A stretch of DNA of 64,000 nucleotides from Azolla caroliniana (Eukaryota; Plantae; Polypodiophyta): contig JBHGNT010000017.1 in the NCBI GenBank assembly GCA_043228905.1, positions 620,001 through 684,000 on the forward strand, written 5' to 3'. The notes under the pieces were generated by a model that saw nothing but the letters and a program-made list of their open reading frames with translations, was not told where the DNA came from and ran no database searches. Below, in pieces: positions 12,100 through 39,300 of this stretch; position 1 is the first letter of the stretch; every line of letters starts with the position of its first letter. A program made the position numbers and the translations under genes.

Positions 12100-15000
12100 T
12101 TAGGTCGGAACCAACATGTGTACTTTGTCTTGTCCATTTATATCGTTGAATATTGCAATGACAGTGGTAAAGATCAACACAACGAGAAACACCCCAAGGA
12201 GCTGCACCTCTAGACAATAATGTAGATTTTTCAACCTCACCCTAGATAATGTGTGAGGCAAGTCCAAGCTTGAAAATGGAACGTTGTCTTTATAGCCACT
12301 CATGTGATCTACGCCTCCTTTATGAATGTGATTTGATTCTCTTTCATATATGTGATTCACCTCTCTTTCATGTCTGTGGATATTGCCACTATTATTTAAA
12401 ATATTATAGTTCATAAGATTTCTCGAGCATAATTCAAGTGAACCATTGGAAGCTAAGGCATTGTCGACAAAATCTTCATCAAAATAGGTTTCACTTGAGA
12501 TCGGTGACGATGAAATCTTGGTTTGCATATCTAGACTATTGGTTTGTATGTCTTTCTTATATAGAAGTGTATGTGTGCACGTGTGCTTTGACAAATCATC
12601 ATCAATGGTATCACCAGCTATGGGATTCTCTCGCACACTCCAACCCAACTCACTAAGAGTTTCCAAATCAAAATCCGGAGCCGTACATTCGAATGAGGTG
12701 CCTCTCAAATCCCGAGTTGACCTTATCAATCTCCTTGAGATGGAAAAAATGTAGTCTTCCTTGGACATGGGAGATTTTATAACCTCAAAATCACATAAAT
12801 CAAAAGTTTAGCATACCAAGGAATAGGTGTTAAATGTTTAGTTTTGATTAGTTGTTTACAATTTGAGTCTTATGTTTTAGGATTAAGTTTTAGTGTTTAT
12901 TTAGCGGTTCAAGTTTGGTGATTAGGGTTTCAAGTTTGGCTTGAGGATTAACGTTTAGGTTTCACATTTAATGTTTAGTGTTTGGTATTTACTAGGGGAT
13001 TAGGGACTCGAATTTAATGTTTGGGTTTAGAGTTTAATGTTTTAGTTCAGGGTTTAGGGAGTCGGGATTAGGGATTAGGGTTTAGGGTTTAGGGTTTAGG
13101 GTTTAGGGTTTAGGGTTTAGGCCACAGTTTCACAAACCTGAGAAGATGGCTGTCGGCATTCACTTGGCCAGGAATCTACCTTCCGAATACTATCATCTTC
13201 AGAGCTGATGGTGACAACTTTATCATTAGTAAGCTCCACGGCCTTTCTCGAGGCATAGTTGTCTTCAGTGCGATCTTCATCATCAGATTTCTCCAAAGGT
13301 TTTTCCAAAGACAGGAGGAGCTCCATAGAACCATCACTATTCAAAGTGCTTTGTGGGTATTCATCAATTTCCACTTTATTTTCTCTACATTGATCAATAT
13401 CCAGTTCATTTTCTCTACATTGATCAACTTCCACTTCATTAGAAAACTGAGAACCCACATTGATATGCATATAGCTGAGATCTACAGACTTTATACACTC
13501 ACTAGATAGTGGAGCAATTTTCTTGGAATCCGGCAAATTTATATGAGCTAGCAAGTATTCCAATTCTGAATCAACAGTACACTGAGGTGAAAGAAGAGGC
13601 AATGACAATTGCTTTGTAGGGTAAGGTATATTCTGCCCAATCTCAGAAACAGACCCCAGTGAGGAGCAAGATGATATAGAGTCAGTCATGACGGTGGCCG
13701 AATATTCATGAGAATCTACAATGATGTCATTACTTAAAGTTCTAGAATCTGAAGATTCCCCTCTGCTTCCAAGGCTCTCTCTCCTCCTTGACATTCTCTC
13801 TGGGAAATCCCCACCTCTAACATCCTCAATGCCATCACCACTATAACCACTAGATTCCGAAGAATATTTGCCTAGGTTTCCAAGATTCTTTCTCCTCGAG
13901 ATTCTCTTCTCCAGGGATTCCCTTACTCTGGGATTCTTGATGCCGCCACCACTCGATGCACTATATTCCAACGATTCTTCGACTCTTGGGTTGAGGATTG
14001 CTTTCCTCCTCAAGATCTGCTCCGAAGACTCCCCTATTCTCATATCCTCAATGATGCCACCACCACTCAAAGCACTAGAATCCGAAGATCTCCTTACACT
14101 CTTCCGCTGCCTCGGCATTGTCTTCTCCTTCTCCTTACACTCTTTTGCGATAGCGAGGGCTCGGGTCACAGCTTGCCTTACCTTCAGAGCGGGATCAAGG
14201 CGAGCTTTATCCAAGGCTCGGATGACCGTACCTACCTCTGAGGCTAAGGCCTGGGAGCCCCCCAACCGACCAATCAATGATCCAATAAGTTGTGCTGCGG
14301 CCACACGAACCTGCCATGTCCGCGAGGCGCGGGATGCAACCGAACCAAAGGCCGACCTCACACCCCCAGGAACATTAACAACAATAACCTCGGCAGCAAC
14401 CTGAAGCAACAAGGCTTGGTAGTCATGTAGAATCGATGCATTCTGCTCGGCCAATGCTTGGACGAGGCCGAAATGGGCAGTTGTTAGCTTCTTTTTCTCT
14501 ACCAAACACATCGATGCTCGATGGCACACATTTGTAGCTAGGTCAGAGCTTGCATGCTTGGACCAATTCTCAGATGTGATGAGAGCTTTCAAGCATGTTG
14601 CAGAGCCCATGGAAACATGGTCCAAGTTGGAGGAAAGCACACTCAGCAATGGTTGTGAGAGCCCATGTAGTAATAATACATCTCGATCATGATCATGCAT
14701 TGATGATAATGACAACATAGAATCATCACAAGAGATTGTATGATGCGATGATGATGATGATAAACACTTAGATTCATCACTAGAGATTATAGGAGGAGGG
14801 GTGGTACCTATACAATACCTGACCAGAGACGACACGACATCGGCACAAGCTTGATGTAGACCAGTTCTTCCAAAAGAAGTAGCAGAAGAAGAGAGACATC
14901 GGATTAGGACAGACATTATCCGGGGTATGAACTGGCCGGCCGCCCACGTGTGAACACGAGCAAGCTCGGAGAAGAGACAAATTGCTGATGCTTGTGCCAT

Positions 15001-15216
15001 TTCTACACTGGAAGTGGAGATGGCTTCCACGAAACAGGGGATGGTCCCTGTGTCAAGATCCGATTGCACCAAGGATTTCAGAGATTCCATGGCACTCCGA
15101 CGAGCGTGAGGGTCTCTGTCAGAGAGCTTTAAGAGCTCATGGCGGATCTTTAAGTTCAATTTAGATAGAGAAGGAGAAGGAGAAGGAGAAGAAACAGAGG
15201 AGTATGGGTTTGTCAT
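12100..15216 (-). CDS. SINE1/SINE2-like ARM-repeat outer-nuclear-membrane KASH protein; 2 exons: 15216-13138 and ~12783-12100
   Basis: N-terminal TORTIFOLIA1/SINE-type ARM/HEAT region (LLKLSDRD..RRSAMESLKSLV; WQVRVAAAQ; ARLDPALKVR). The second ORF ends in a hydrophobic segment (LLGVFLVVLIFTTVIAIF) and HMLVPT-stop, the plant KASH xVPT tail. A phase-0 donor CAG|GTTTGT at 13137 joins a phase-0 acceptor (TTTTGAG| at 12784, or the downstream AAG). Confidence 0.8.
12830..13121 (+). repeat. Interstitial telomeric repeat array (TTTAGGG)n, graded from degenerate to perfect
   Basis: Five perfect TTTAGGG plus TTTAGG at 13081-13121, two ATTAGGG at 13067-13080, and increasingly degenerate variants back to ~12830. 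Confidence 0.95.
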
Positions 15217-17099
15217 AGCTGGATGTGGGCGATGGTGGTGAAGTTAGACTGTAACGTTTGCGACATAACCCAAGCAGTGGCAGTAGGTCTGGCATAGGCG
15301 AGGGTGGATCATTAGAGCTGCACTTCCATACTTAATTCCAACAAGAATCCACCCTCCTTCCTAACCTCATTTTGTTCCTAAATCATCACCAATGCTATGC
15401 TTTACTCCCCACATTTTCAGTGCTCATGAAATGCATTTGCCACTAGTGTTGAATGCAGTGTATACATATGGCCATATCTATCTATCAACCGGATGTGTTG
15501 CTTTTCTTCCACATCCTATTTATAAGCATGATTTTTAAGATTAGCTTTAGCTAAGTACCTAGATGTTCATTATTGTTCATATGCATTTGGCAAGACTAGG
15601 CTTCCCCATCTATCAACGCCCAATAAAGTAAAGAAATGCATATGCTCATTTGGCAAGACTAGGCTTCCCCATCTATCAAGGAGGTATACGGTTGGATGTT
15701 CATTATTGTTCATATGCTTTTCCTAGGCATCCAATTGCAAATAGATTTGCAAGAATGTAAAACAAAAGAATTTTGTGAACTTGAAGAAACGCAAGCATCC
15801 ATGTCATGAATCATTTGCAAAAGATGTAGGGCCATTCAATCGTCCTATTTGTTGAATAGTTTGCACGATTGCATCGTGCCACCACATGAGGATGTTGCAC
15901 AACCAACTTTTGTGCTAATAAGTCCATACGTATTGAACAATACATGAAGGAAATTCCTATCCATAAAAATCTCTTTGTCCATCTGTGAATGTCTCTTTAT
16001 TACCTTCCAATTATGCTTTCTATTTTATATCAAAATTTTCCTCTTCTTCACTGAAATTTGAAGGCATCTTTATATTATGTACTTGTACACATCTTCTTGC
16101 TGTACACAAGCCTCTTCCACAACATCCAACCATATACCTCTTTGTCAAAATAAAGTAAAGAAAAATGGAATCACTTTTCATAAGCAGGTAAACGTAACAA
16201 AATCATATAAGACATTTAAAACCCAAGAATATGTAGATGTATTCACCTTGATTCTAAATCCAAATGTACGAACCCAAGTGAAGTAGTTGTTCCACAAGTG
16301 AAGGTTGAATTGTAACCAAGGCGTGTAGAAGTTTCCACCTTGTGAGAACTCCGTGGGGCAATTAACAAAGCACATGTTTTGCATATCTAGAATGTATCCT
16401 ACATTCCTCCTACTTCAGATTTTTCATGACGCTAGCCTGGATTCATTATTCTTTCTTTCTGACATAAAATCAGGAATTGCGTACAGCAGGTATTGATTTG
16501 TGCATACCGCTGATGTTAATGACAAATCATTTACAATGCAAAACTCTCTTAATTTGCACATCTCAAAACTCAAACAGGATGCTATGTTGTTCATTCACCA
16601 GCAGTATATGTTCATCTTTACTTTACAATGCTTAATTTACTCTTCAATGTCCATATTATCATTGCACAAAGTTACGAAACAAAATTTATTCAATTTCAGC
16701 ATGCTTTCAAAACATACATTATCCATCATATAAACATAACCGCCTGTACAATACATATACTGATTGACACAGCAAAATCGGTACCTCTAATATTAGACTG
16801 AACAAGGGAAGGCTAACCTTCAAAAAGGTTGCTAATGAAATCTTGCAAGTTACAACAAAGCAGCAAATCTTTTTTGACAATGCTGAATCGGGGGTCAGGG
16901 AAGAAAGGTATACAAAGAGATGTTACCATCTCCATGGCTGGTAAGAGAAATACCCTATACATTCATTCATCTTGTGTAGACAGACCTTAAAAGATCCTTT
17001 GTTATACCTGGATCATTACAATAATTCGATGTAAATGAACGGCCACAATTTGTTTGACCTAACATCATTAATGAGGGAAGGAATGTACTTAACAAAACA

Positions 17100-30311
<13,212 letters not shown>

Positions 30312-30629
30312 TGTTGACATATATTACCCTTTGATGAGAAGACCTTCCGAGCAAGAAGAAGAAGAAAAATAAGCAAGCTTCCAGTTTCTGGATATAAATG
30401 AATTCTGAGAGAAAGATTTCCCAATAAATCTTGTTCGAATTCAGGACCGATCCAGGGCTTAGAACCGACTTCCAGAAGAGAAGAAAGAAGCTCGGCAATG
30501 AGTAGAGAGGCTTAAATCTGGGATTAGGGTTTTGTGTTGGTCCGTTGGGTTCTTGGAGGAAAAACAGAGTGATGCGATGGATCCGACCGAGTACAGTAGA
30601 AGAAGAGGAAGAGTAGGATGAATCTCTCG

Positions 30630-30670
<41 letters not shown>

Positions 30671-33600
30671 GTCTTTTGTCTCTCTGACTGTGTGTGTGTG
30701 TTCTTCCGTCTGCTCAAAATAAAGAGTTCCCTCCTCTGCCCCTGCCCTGTCCTGTTCTCTTCTCTCTCCTTCTCTTCTCTTCTCTTCTCTCTCTTTCTCT
30801 CCTCACTTGCATACTTGGCCTGCCTTAGTAATAATATATGTATGTATGTACATATACATATATGTATGTATGTATATACATATACATATATGTATGTATA
30901 TGTATAGCCACCACACATGCTATTACATACATACATACTCCTGTGTCTGGGTGTCTCTTTCTTTTTGCCATAATTTTTAGGGTTTTTTCCCTTTTATTTT
31001 CTACCCTTTTTCTAATTTCTCTTTATTTTCACCTTTTTCCCCTGCTGTATGTATTTTTTTTTCTGCTCTAATCATTTCACTAATTACATGGGTTCTCATT
31101 TTTCAACCATATCCTTTCATTTCTCAAGCACGGTTATATTTTGGATCTTTTAATCATTTTGCCGCGAATCGTATCTCTTATTGTTGTTTTTCTTGGCCTC
31201 TATCTATGATGTCCTAACCTTTGTTTAATCAAGTCTTGTTAATTGTGTTACTAACTAATCAGGGTTATTTTTACACCCATCATTGTCCTTTCGTTTTTTC
31301 GTCTTGTTAATCATGTTACCAATTAGATTCCATATATTCTCACGCTTGGATCAATTGTGTAGAACATCATATCCTTCGATTTCTTGAGTTTTGCTTGCTT
31401 ATCATGTTTGTATTCGCATCAATGCAATAATACAGTAGTTGTATCCTTAACACGCTTTTTAAAGTGCACGATGATTGTTGTGTTATGACGTAATAAAATT
31501 GTGGTGATTCTAACGTAATTTGAAAGTTCGTGATCGATTTTGAAAACACGGTCAATATGATTGTTGAGTAAACAACCTACTTCTACTACAATAATTGTGA
31601 TGTTGGGCTCAACATTTTGATCAATAAAATCATCAATTTTGACATTAACATGACAAAAAAGTGCTCAGTTGATAAATTATCGCAATTGTTAATGTGATTT
31701 GAACATGTATGTATCATTCATTCTTACTAGATGTGAGTTATTGAATTCACCTTCAAAAACAACATACATACATACATTTTACGAGATTATTTGTGCCACC
31801 AACAAACAACATTTAGGTAGTATTTTTGGCAGAAGCAATCGTACCAATTACCATCACTAGCATGCACATAAGCATGCCTTAAAGAGGTAAGGCCCCTCCA
31901 TTATGTAAGATTCAATATGGTAGAGGTGAGACCCCCCATAAGGTAAGATTTGATACTATGGAAGACAATATCTCTCCATTAGTAGGATCATATACCTATA
32001 TTTAATCACAAAACTCGAACATAAGCATGCTGGAAACAAGAGTACATCAACCCAAACGCTCACAAGTCAAGACTTATCAACTTGCTAGAGCTCTTCCCAT
32101 GTGTCACGTGACATAGGAGAGAAGTAAACACAATCATACATTGGATGTGGAAAATGTGAATGTTCAATAGAGAGCAATTCTTCGTGTAGCCAAATATATA
32201 ACAAAGCAAGCCTCCATAAGAACAAGTATATGTGTTGTTCTCATAACAAATATGTCACGACATTCGATTTTTAATAGATGTCCATTGGCCTCAATCTTCA
32301 CTCATTGCGCAATAAAAAACTCGAGGATGGAATTGAATGCACATGGTTAGAATGACATATGCAAGTTGACTAATTTAGAACGCATAATATAAACGCACGG
32401 CACAACACTTGAGACATGGTTTGAATAACAATGTATGAATGCCAGAATGAAAGACATCCATGAAGATTGGATCCGATACGTACATGTGTTTGTACTAACC
32501 AATATTTAGAAATTTTTAAAGTGTAGAAATTATAACCATCATCATCATCATCCATGTTGACAATATTGCAAGTTCAAAAGCCCTCACACACATACAAGTA
32601 TAAAAGAAAAACTTCCCAAACACCCAATATTGACTACTATTACCCATAAAGTACCGAGTGGCTTCCAAATTCCTACCCCAATGGATATTTGTAGATTTTA
32701 CTAGTTGTGAAGAATGACAATGTCAAGCATAAATTTGAATGTTATTGTACATCCTCGTTTAATTATAATATTATAAAAGTTTATGTATAAGCGATACACT
32801 GCAACTAGTCATCAAAAGACTAATAAACATGTGGCACGTCCAAGACAAACAATCATGGAGAATGCACCATATAAAGAGCAACATGTGCAATGCAATCCCA
32901 TAATTGACCACAATTCAAACATTCCAAAAAAACTAGTCATTGCGACAGTCCACAAAGAATGAATTAGTAATACATTTATGTCAATAATCATCTTGTTACA
33001 ACTCAAATAAGGACACATTGGAGTTCTACGTTAGCCACATGTAGTCTCGTGATATGGGACGAGGGATTACATACCCCCTGGGTTATCAAATTTTTATGTA
33101 TTGGTGGTTGTATTGTTATTACTTATTATATTGAAATGACATGTCGCATGGGCGTGACTAGCACCAATGTTGAGAACGAATGCCATTTGTATACATATTG
33201 TTTGCGTGTTAGTAATTACAAAGGACTTTATCAAGACAGTGGAACCACCAACCTTCGTGTGTCTAGATTAATTCTAATAATTTTTTTTCATGTACAACTC
33301 AAAGCTAACGTTATGTAGCTAACTTACATGAATTCATTCCCAAGGGTCGTCGTGTATCCACGCACATTCTTATTGGTACAAAAATGTTGATATGGAAGTG
33401 AAATGAACGGTATTAAACAATTTATATGTACTTTTGAGACTCAAACATGCGTGACAAAGCGCTCCACATAAACCACTCACTATTTTTAAGCACTTAATTC
33501 ATGTAATCTTCTATGAAAGGCATATTAAAGATTGTACAACATATCCATTAAAAATGGAAGATAAATAGTATAATTTTCTATTTGATTCTCAAATCTCATA

Positions 33601-34699
33601 ATAATAATCTATTAGCTTTACTAACATCTTGCAAGAGTAGAGGACAATCATAACTTTTAAATAAGCGACTATTGTAAGCTACCAATGAAAAGCTCTGTAA
33701 TTCGTATAAGCAATTTTCATAACGAATATTTCTAATGCTTACATACTATACTAGTTTAAATCAACAATATGTTTCTCACACATTTTGTCAAACAAAAATC
33801 CATTTGTATTGTATTATTCTCTACTTATACACAACCTCATGTAAGACTAATATTGGTATTTTGAAATTATATGTCACACATCATATCATGCACACACATT
33901 GTTCAAAAATTCACAAACTAAGCTCGACACCCCTCTCATGATATTGTTCACCTGAATATCCATAGTAACAACATCATAATAGTCAACATGTAACATACAC
34001 ATCCAACTACTCTCACAAACTAAGCTTGAACCCTCGAAATTTGTCATGAGAATTTCCATAATAGCAAGAAGATTGTAATCAAGAGGTTACATTATACATA
34101 CACATATGTCCACATATATGTACACACACATGTAGAATACAAACTACATGGGATTAATATAATTGATTTGCATTAATATTTATACTTATCCCAAAGGTCG
34201 ACCTTTTTTCTAACAAAAATTGAGACAACTTGGAGATATTAAAGAGAATACACATTCTCAGTAATAAATCAAGTTAAGTATTTGTAATCATGTTCTTGAC
34301 ACATGAGTTATTTATCATCATTGAGGAATATTTACAACTATAAGAAAATATCATAAACAAAATTGAATGGATTGTATCACTTTCACACAACTTACCCAAT
34401 TTTCATTTATTGTATAAATATACACCCTGATTCCATTTATCATATAAATTTCATTTATTGTTTATAGATATATTTCTTAGTATCCTAATGTTGTTTCTTT
34501 TGGCCATGAGCTGAAGGGCATACAAAATATTGGTTGTGAGAATCTGAGCATACACGTGACCATACATATATACATTTGATAATCACCTCTAAGATCAAGG
34601 TGTTGAAATTCCAAAGTATTACATTGTTGTTTGTTTGTAGCCGAGGGATAGTCATGACATAGATTGACATATTCGCATTCGTAAGGCCTCCCCCATGAA

Positions 34700-35230
34700 T
34701 GCATACAAATACAAATACAAATAGATGTAAAAGTATTCGTTAAAAAAAAACAAGAAATAGATTGAGTAGTTTAGGAATAATTCTTTGGAAACAATGGTGT
34801 AGACAAGTCTTTTCCAATCAAACGATGCATCAAGCAATGTTATTGCAAGAGATATGGAGTGAAGTTGTAGCCACTCTAAAGAGCCAATATGATGGCCTCA
34901 CAGGTGGATCCAAGGGAGTCAAAAGACAAGGATTAGCCTTCATCCAACAATGGTTGTCCTCTCCCTTTCTTGAGTCATGACTTAGAGGGCCTCCACATAA
35001 GATGCAACTATCGTGCCCCTACTGGGATTTGTATATAACATTCTCATCAGTAAATTTTATAATTAATGGAAAGAGTTTGTTTTTGGAAGAAGAAGAAGAT
35101 GATGATGATGATGAGAGGCTTTTGCGTACGCAAAACCAAGCTATTGATTGAAATGATGAAGTTCATACGGATATAATTGATGAGCTTGAAGATATGGACG
35201 ATGAAGATGATAGCGCATACTCTTAAATTT
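34700..35230 (+). mobile_element. Possible degraded DNA-transposon (hAT-like) 3' remnant
   Basis: Coding-like composition ending in an acidic GAA/GAT-rich tail and a stop, within AT-rich intergenic DNA. No diagnostic motif recognised. Confidence 0.2.
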
Positions 35231-36357
35231 AGAAGTGTTACTTAGAAGTTAGAAATTAGAATATAATGGTTCTTAAACTCTTTAATTAAAACTTTTCTTA
35301 TGTTGATGTGATTTTGAAGACCTTTCATATTTCTATTAATGAGTGATTGTTCTTTTTTCATTGAATTAATTTATCTTTATTTTGTAAATTTATTTTGCAA
35401 GATGAATGGTTTTATAATATTCTTGGGCCCATTTCTTATTCTGGAATATTGTGAATATCAAGCATGTGTTAATTATCACTATACATGTTTCAATTCTGTT
35501 CACATTAATTTCCCTTCTTGAGCCTATACATTCGTTCAATTTCTAAGGTCTAGTGAGGACCTTGTAAGAACTTCCATAGTCTTTTTAACTTACGTTGCTG
35601 GGGAGTTGATGAGAAAGAAAATTACTTTTTTGAGTAGTTTGTTAGTGGTCCCAAAACCCATCTATTCATGCATGTGTATTATAAGTTAGGAGCTCATGGG
35701 TCAATAGTGAAGATTTAGTATGAGTCTAACCCCTTTCCCACATTATTCACTGAGTTGTTTCTTATTCATAGTTCACAACTTAATTTTTTATGTTTGTTAA
35801 AACAAAATGGCTCACATGCTAGAGTTTGCCCCATAACAGTTAACATATTGTCGTGCAAAAATTGAGCTGCTTCATTTATCTTAATACCAGATGATGCAGT
35901 TGACTTGAGTTCTCTGAATTTGCATGCAAAAGTCCTTGCACGAAATGAGATGTTCCCACCTTTCCAAATCAAAACATCTAGTAGTACCCTTGGACCATAT
36001 GGTATTTTGTGTACAACATAACAAAATTAGTTAGTAAATACATCCATCTATGCATAGATCTCGAACCATGATTATTGGCAAGAATTGATGTCTAATGATG
36101 TTTGTAGAGGTTGTGGGTGAAGTGCAAAAAATAGTAACAATACTTAATGCCAACTTGGGAAATTGTACAAAAGAATAATGAAGAGTACCCCATTTACAAT
36201 AAAGAAATCTGTAGTATTACAATTACAAATCCATTCCTCCAAGGGGTTAAGAAAATGACTCTCTCAATCTCTCTCTGGGCATAGTTTATGTTTGGAAGTG
36301 AAGAATTAAATCATATACTAAGCAAAGAACTCACTGCTTGGTATTCAAACTTAAACC

Positions 36358-39300
36358 CTAACCCATTCTATCTTGTAAGTCTGAAATAAAGATTGATGCA
36401 AATGATGTGAGTTTTCTTCCTGTTTCACCAGCCATTTCTCTCAGGTTGATTATATCTTGCGATGCCTGCACATCAAATTATGTGGTTTAACAAGAGAGAT
36501 TACAAATATAGTACATTGTGCAATACCTTTTACAAATATAGTACATTGTTCTCGAACATGGTTGAAGTCCATGAATTCGCTATGGTAGAAACTTTTCATA
36601 TAAATTTTCTATCACAGAACATCTTCATATAATTTTCCTATAGTAGATCCTCTTCATATAAATTCTCTACAGTCAAACCTTTATTGTTCGTTCGAATCAT
36701 TCTCTCTACTTGGATGATCTAACTCTGATAAGCAACCATATGACCCTGACAGTTGGCAGCTGCTGGGTTATGGGAGTGATTTCAAGAACAGGATGATTGC
36801 ATGAATCATTTCATCGAGACTAGAGTTAGGAAAAATCAGGATCCTACAATCTATAAAGCTGTTGTTTTGAATATTTGGTGTAAGATGACTTCAGAGAATT
36901 CATGCGAGGTAAGGCAATATGAGTGGAATGCTAATATCAAATTTGCATCACCACCTCCGAGAATATATTATTTGATTTGAGAATCAAACATTTGGAGATT
37001 TTGATACCAATATGTGCGTACCTCATTGCTGGTTGGATTCCAACTATTATACTACAAGCATTGTCTGGAAAGGAATAATTAAGTCTTGAGTCATGAACCA
37101 AAAGGATCCTACGGGTACAATCTACAAGGTCAAAGATATAGATTCTCTACAAGAAGTAGAAGGTATTGCCTACTAGCTCTTCAGTCATTGCGGGTGGCCT
37201 AGATCAACTATATTGGAACAGACATCAGGATCACATCGGTAATCTTTAACACCTTATTTCTTGACAATCCAGGTATATGCTTGTCTGCATTCATCTGATA
37301 TGTCAAGTCCAATCTGTCATCGTTACATATTTCAAACTATGGAGTGCACTTGTATTTCATGCTTAATCAGTGCATGTTCTGCTTGCTCATTCTTCACATA
37401 TGTTTTGTCAAACTCCTGCTACAACACTTGCAATATATACACACAAATACTCAGAGTACATCAAATCACCATATTTAAATATAGCTACAATTTTTCATTA
37501 GAAATAATAGATACCTGAAGTGAAATTTTGCTCATCAATTCATTTGCAGTCACGTCAAAAGGTGTGCCATCGAAGTCTACATCCTCTCCGTTGTTGAAGT
37601 AATCAGAACTGGATATTGCGCTTGAATTCTAGAGGGGCACGTGTTGTGTTGTGAATACATACTAAACTATATGAAACAAGTCTGAAATTTAAACTTTGGA
37701 CAGAACAAAAACAAAAACATACTGCGAACTTTTGGAGACGAGCTTTGCTATCTGGATCTTCAGCCTTGCTGTTATCACCAAAGAACTGAGAAGATGAGAT
37801 AGCTTTTGCATTTGCAAACTTGGTGCGTGCTTCATTGCTCTCTTCCACCTGAAAACAAGACGGACCTTAAACATCCTCATACAATAAAGGTAAAAACTCT
37901 GAAATACCCTTGCTTTTTCATTATCCCTCAAATACCCTTGCTTTTTCATTATTCCCCAAATGACCTTCATCAACCTCTCAAAAGAGGGAAGGGAGGATCT
38001 GACCATATACTTGCTCAAGCATACGAGAGAGAGATAAAAGCAATAGAGTTAACCATGGATTGGGTCGACAAGAACCATTTGGATAGAAATAAGAAAAACT
38101 CGGATATTTCAAATTTTTTACCCTCATTAAAATGGTCGAGCTACTGAAAAAGGAATTTAGTCAAACCAGAACCTTTGCAGAACCATTGACAGGCTGCTTT
38201 TTGAGGCTAGACAAACCTCCAAACTCAGAAAAGAAATCTGTGGCCGTTGAAGGGGCTGAAATATGTCCATTGGAACCAGAAGTAGTGTTTACAGAGGTTG
38301 GAGAAAGCAAATCTTCAGTGTATGTAAAACGAGAGCCTTGAGGGGGCTGGATTGATCCATTACTTTGTGATACCACTTTGGGAGGGGATTCCAAGGGTTT
38401 CTGGTTATATAAATTCTCATTGGGCTACAATGCCATAAAGAACCAATTAGAACTTTAAGCTAGCTAAAATTGACAGCATATCATATATGCCACTTACAAT
38501 ATGCAAAAATAATAGTAATAACAACTGAGGGCTAGCTAAAATTAAAATAAAATGCAAGACATCGTGGAAACAAACCTTTGATGTGAGCTTCTTCACACCT
38601 AAAGAACCTGCCTTGGTCGCTGTAACCTTCTTGGCACCGAGCGAAACAGGCCTCCTGCCTGTATTACTAGAAGGATGAGAGGCTACTGGTATAGTGAGAA
38701 CCTCTGGCTCAGGTTTGCCTTTATCTTGGCTTTCAGATTGTATTTGTTCAATAAAATCATCATTTGAAAGACTATCATGAGAAATTGTCATTGTAGACTG
38801 TATATTTTTGGGAGGATTAATATTCCCATTCATCCCTGATTGATAAACCTCTCTTGCAAGCAATTGACGATAAAGTTCAGCTGCTCTTGATGTATATTTA
38901 GCCTCAGACTTTCCTCCATCTGTCCATCCATGTTGCTTAAAAAATGTTAGAGCTCTCGCATTTCCACCATAGCTCATGGTTTTCAATTGATCTGGAGTCC
39001 AACTATCCAAGTTTGTGGATCTGGTTATTCACACACATGCAAGATAAAATTGAGGAAAAGAATGCCACATAACGTCACAATGTTTTAGAATAAACATGAC
39101 TCTAGAACGAGAAAATTTCCAAGTAACATTCACTTTTTTCTTTATTTCCATAAATATTTTTGAGTGCTCATTAATTTCCCAAATGCTATTGACTGACGCC
39201 AAAAAAGTAAGTATATGTGCTATATTATCAATTATATAGTTAATTTAATAGGTTTTCCCAATCATTATACTATTTGAGAAATTATAAGGTCAATTCATTG

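Noticed and set aside
12100-12768. 222-aa ORF as an independent gene
   Set aside because: Phase-compatible splice sites and the expected ARM + TM + xVPT architecture indicate it is the last exon of the SINE-like gene.
13081-13121. True chromosome end or telomerase RNA gene
   Set aside because: Only ~6 perfect units flanked by coding exons on both sides, and no USE/TATA Pol III promoter seen.
13868-14404. 178-aa antisense ORF within the SINE-like exon (likewise 57268-57711 and 60035-60349 in SUA)
   Set aside because: Shadow ORFs opposite real coding sequence.
31100-34600. Short ORFs in intergenic DNA (also 41700-43400, 53300-54800 and 62000-64000)
   Set aside because: Probably old TE debris, but no motif is recognisable enough to assign a family.
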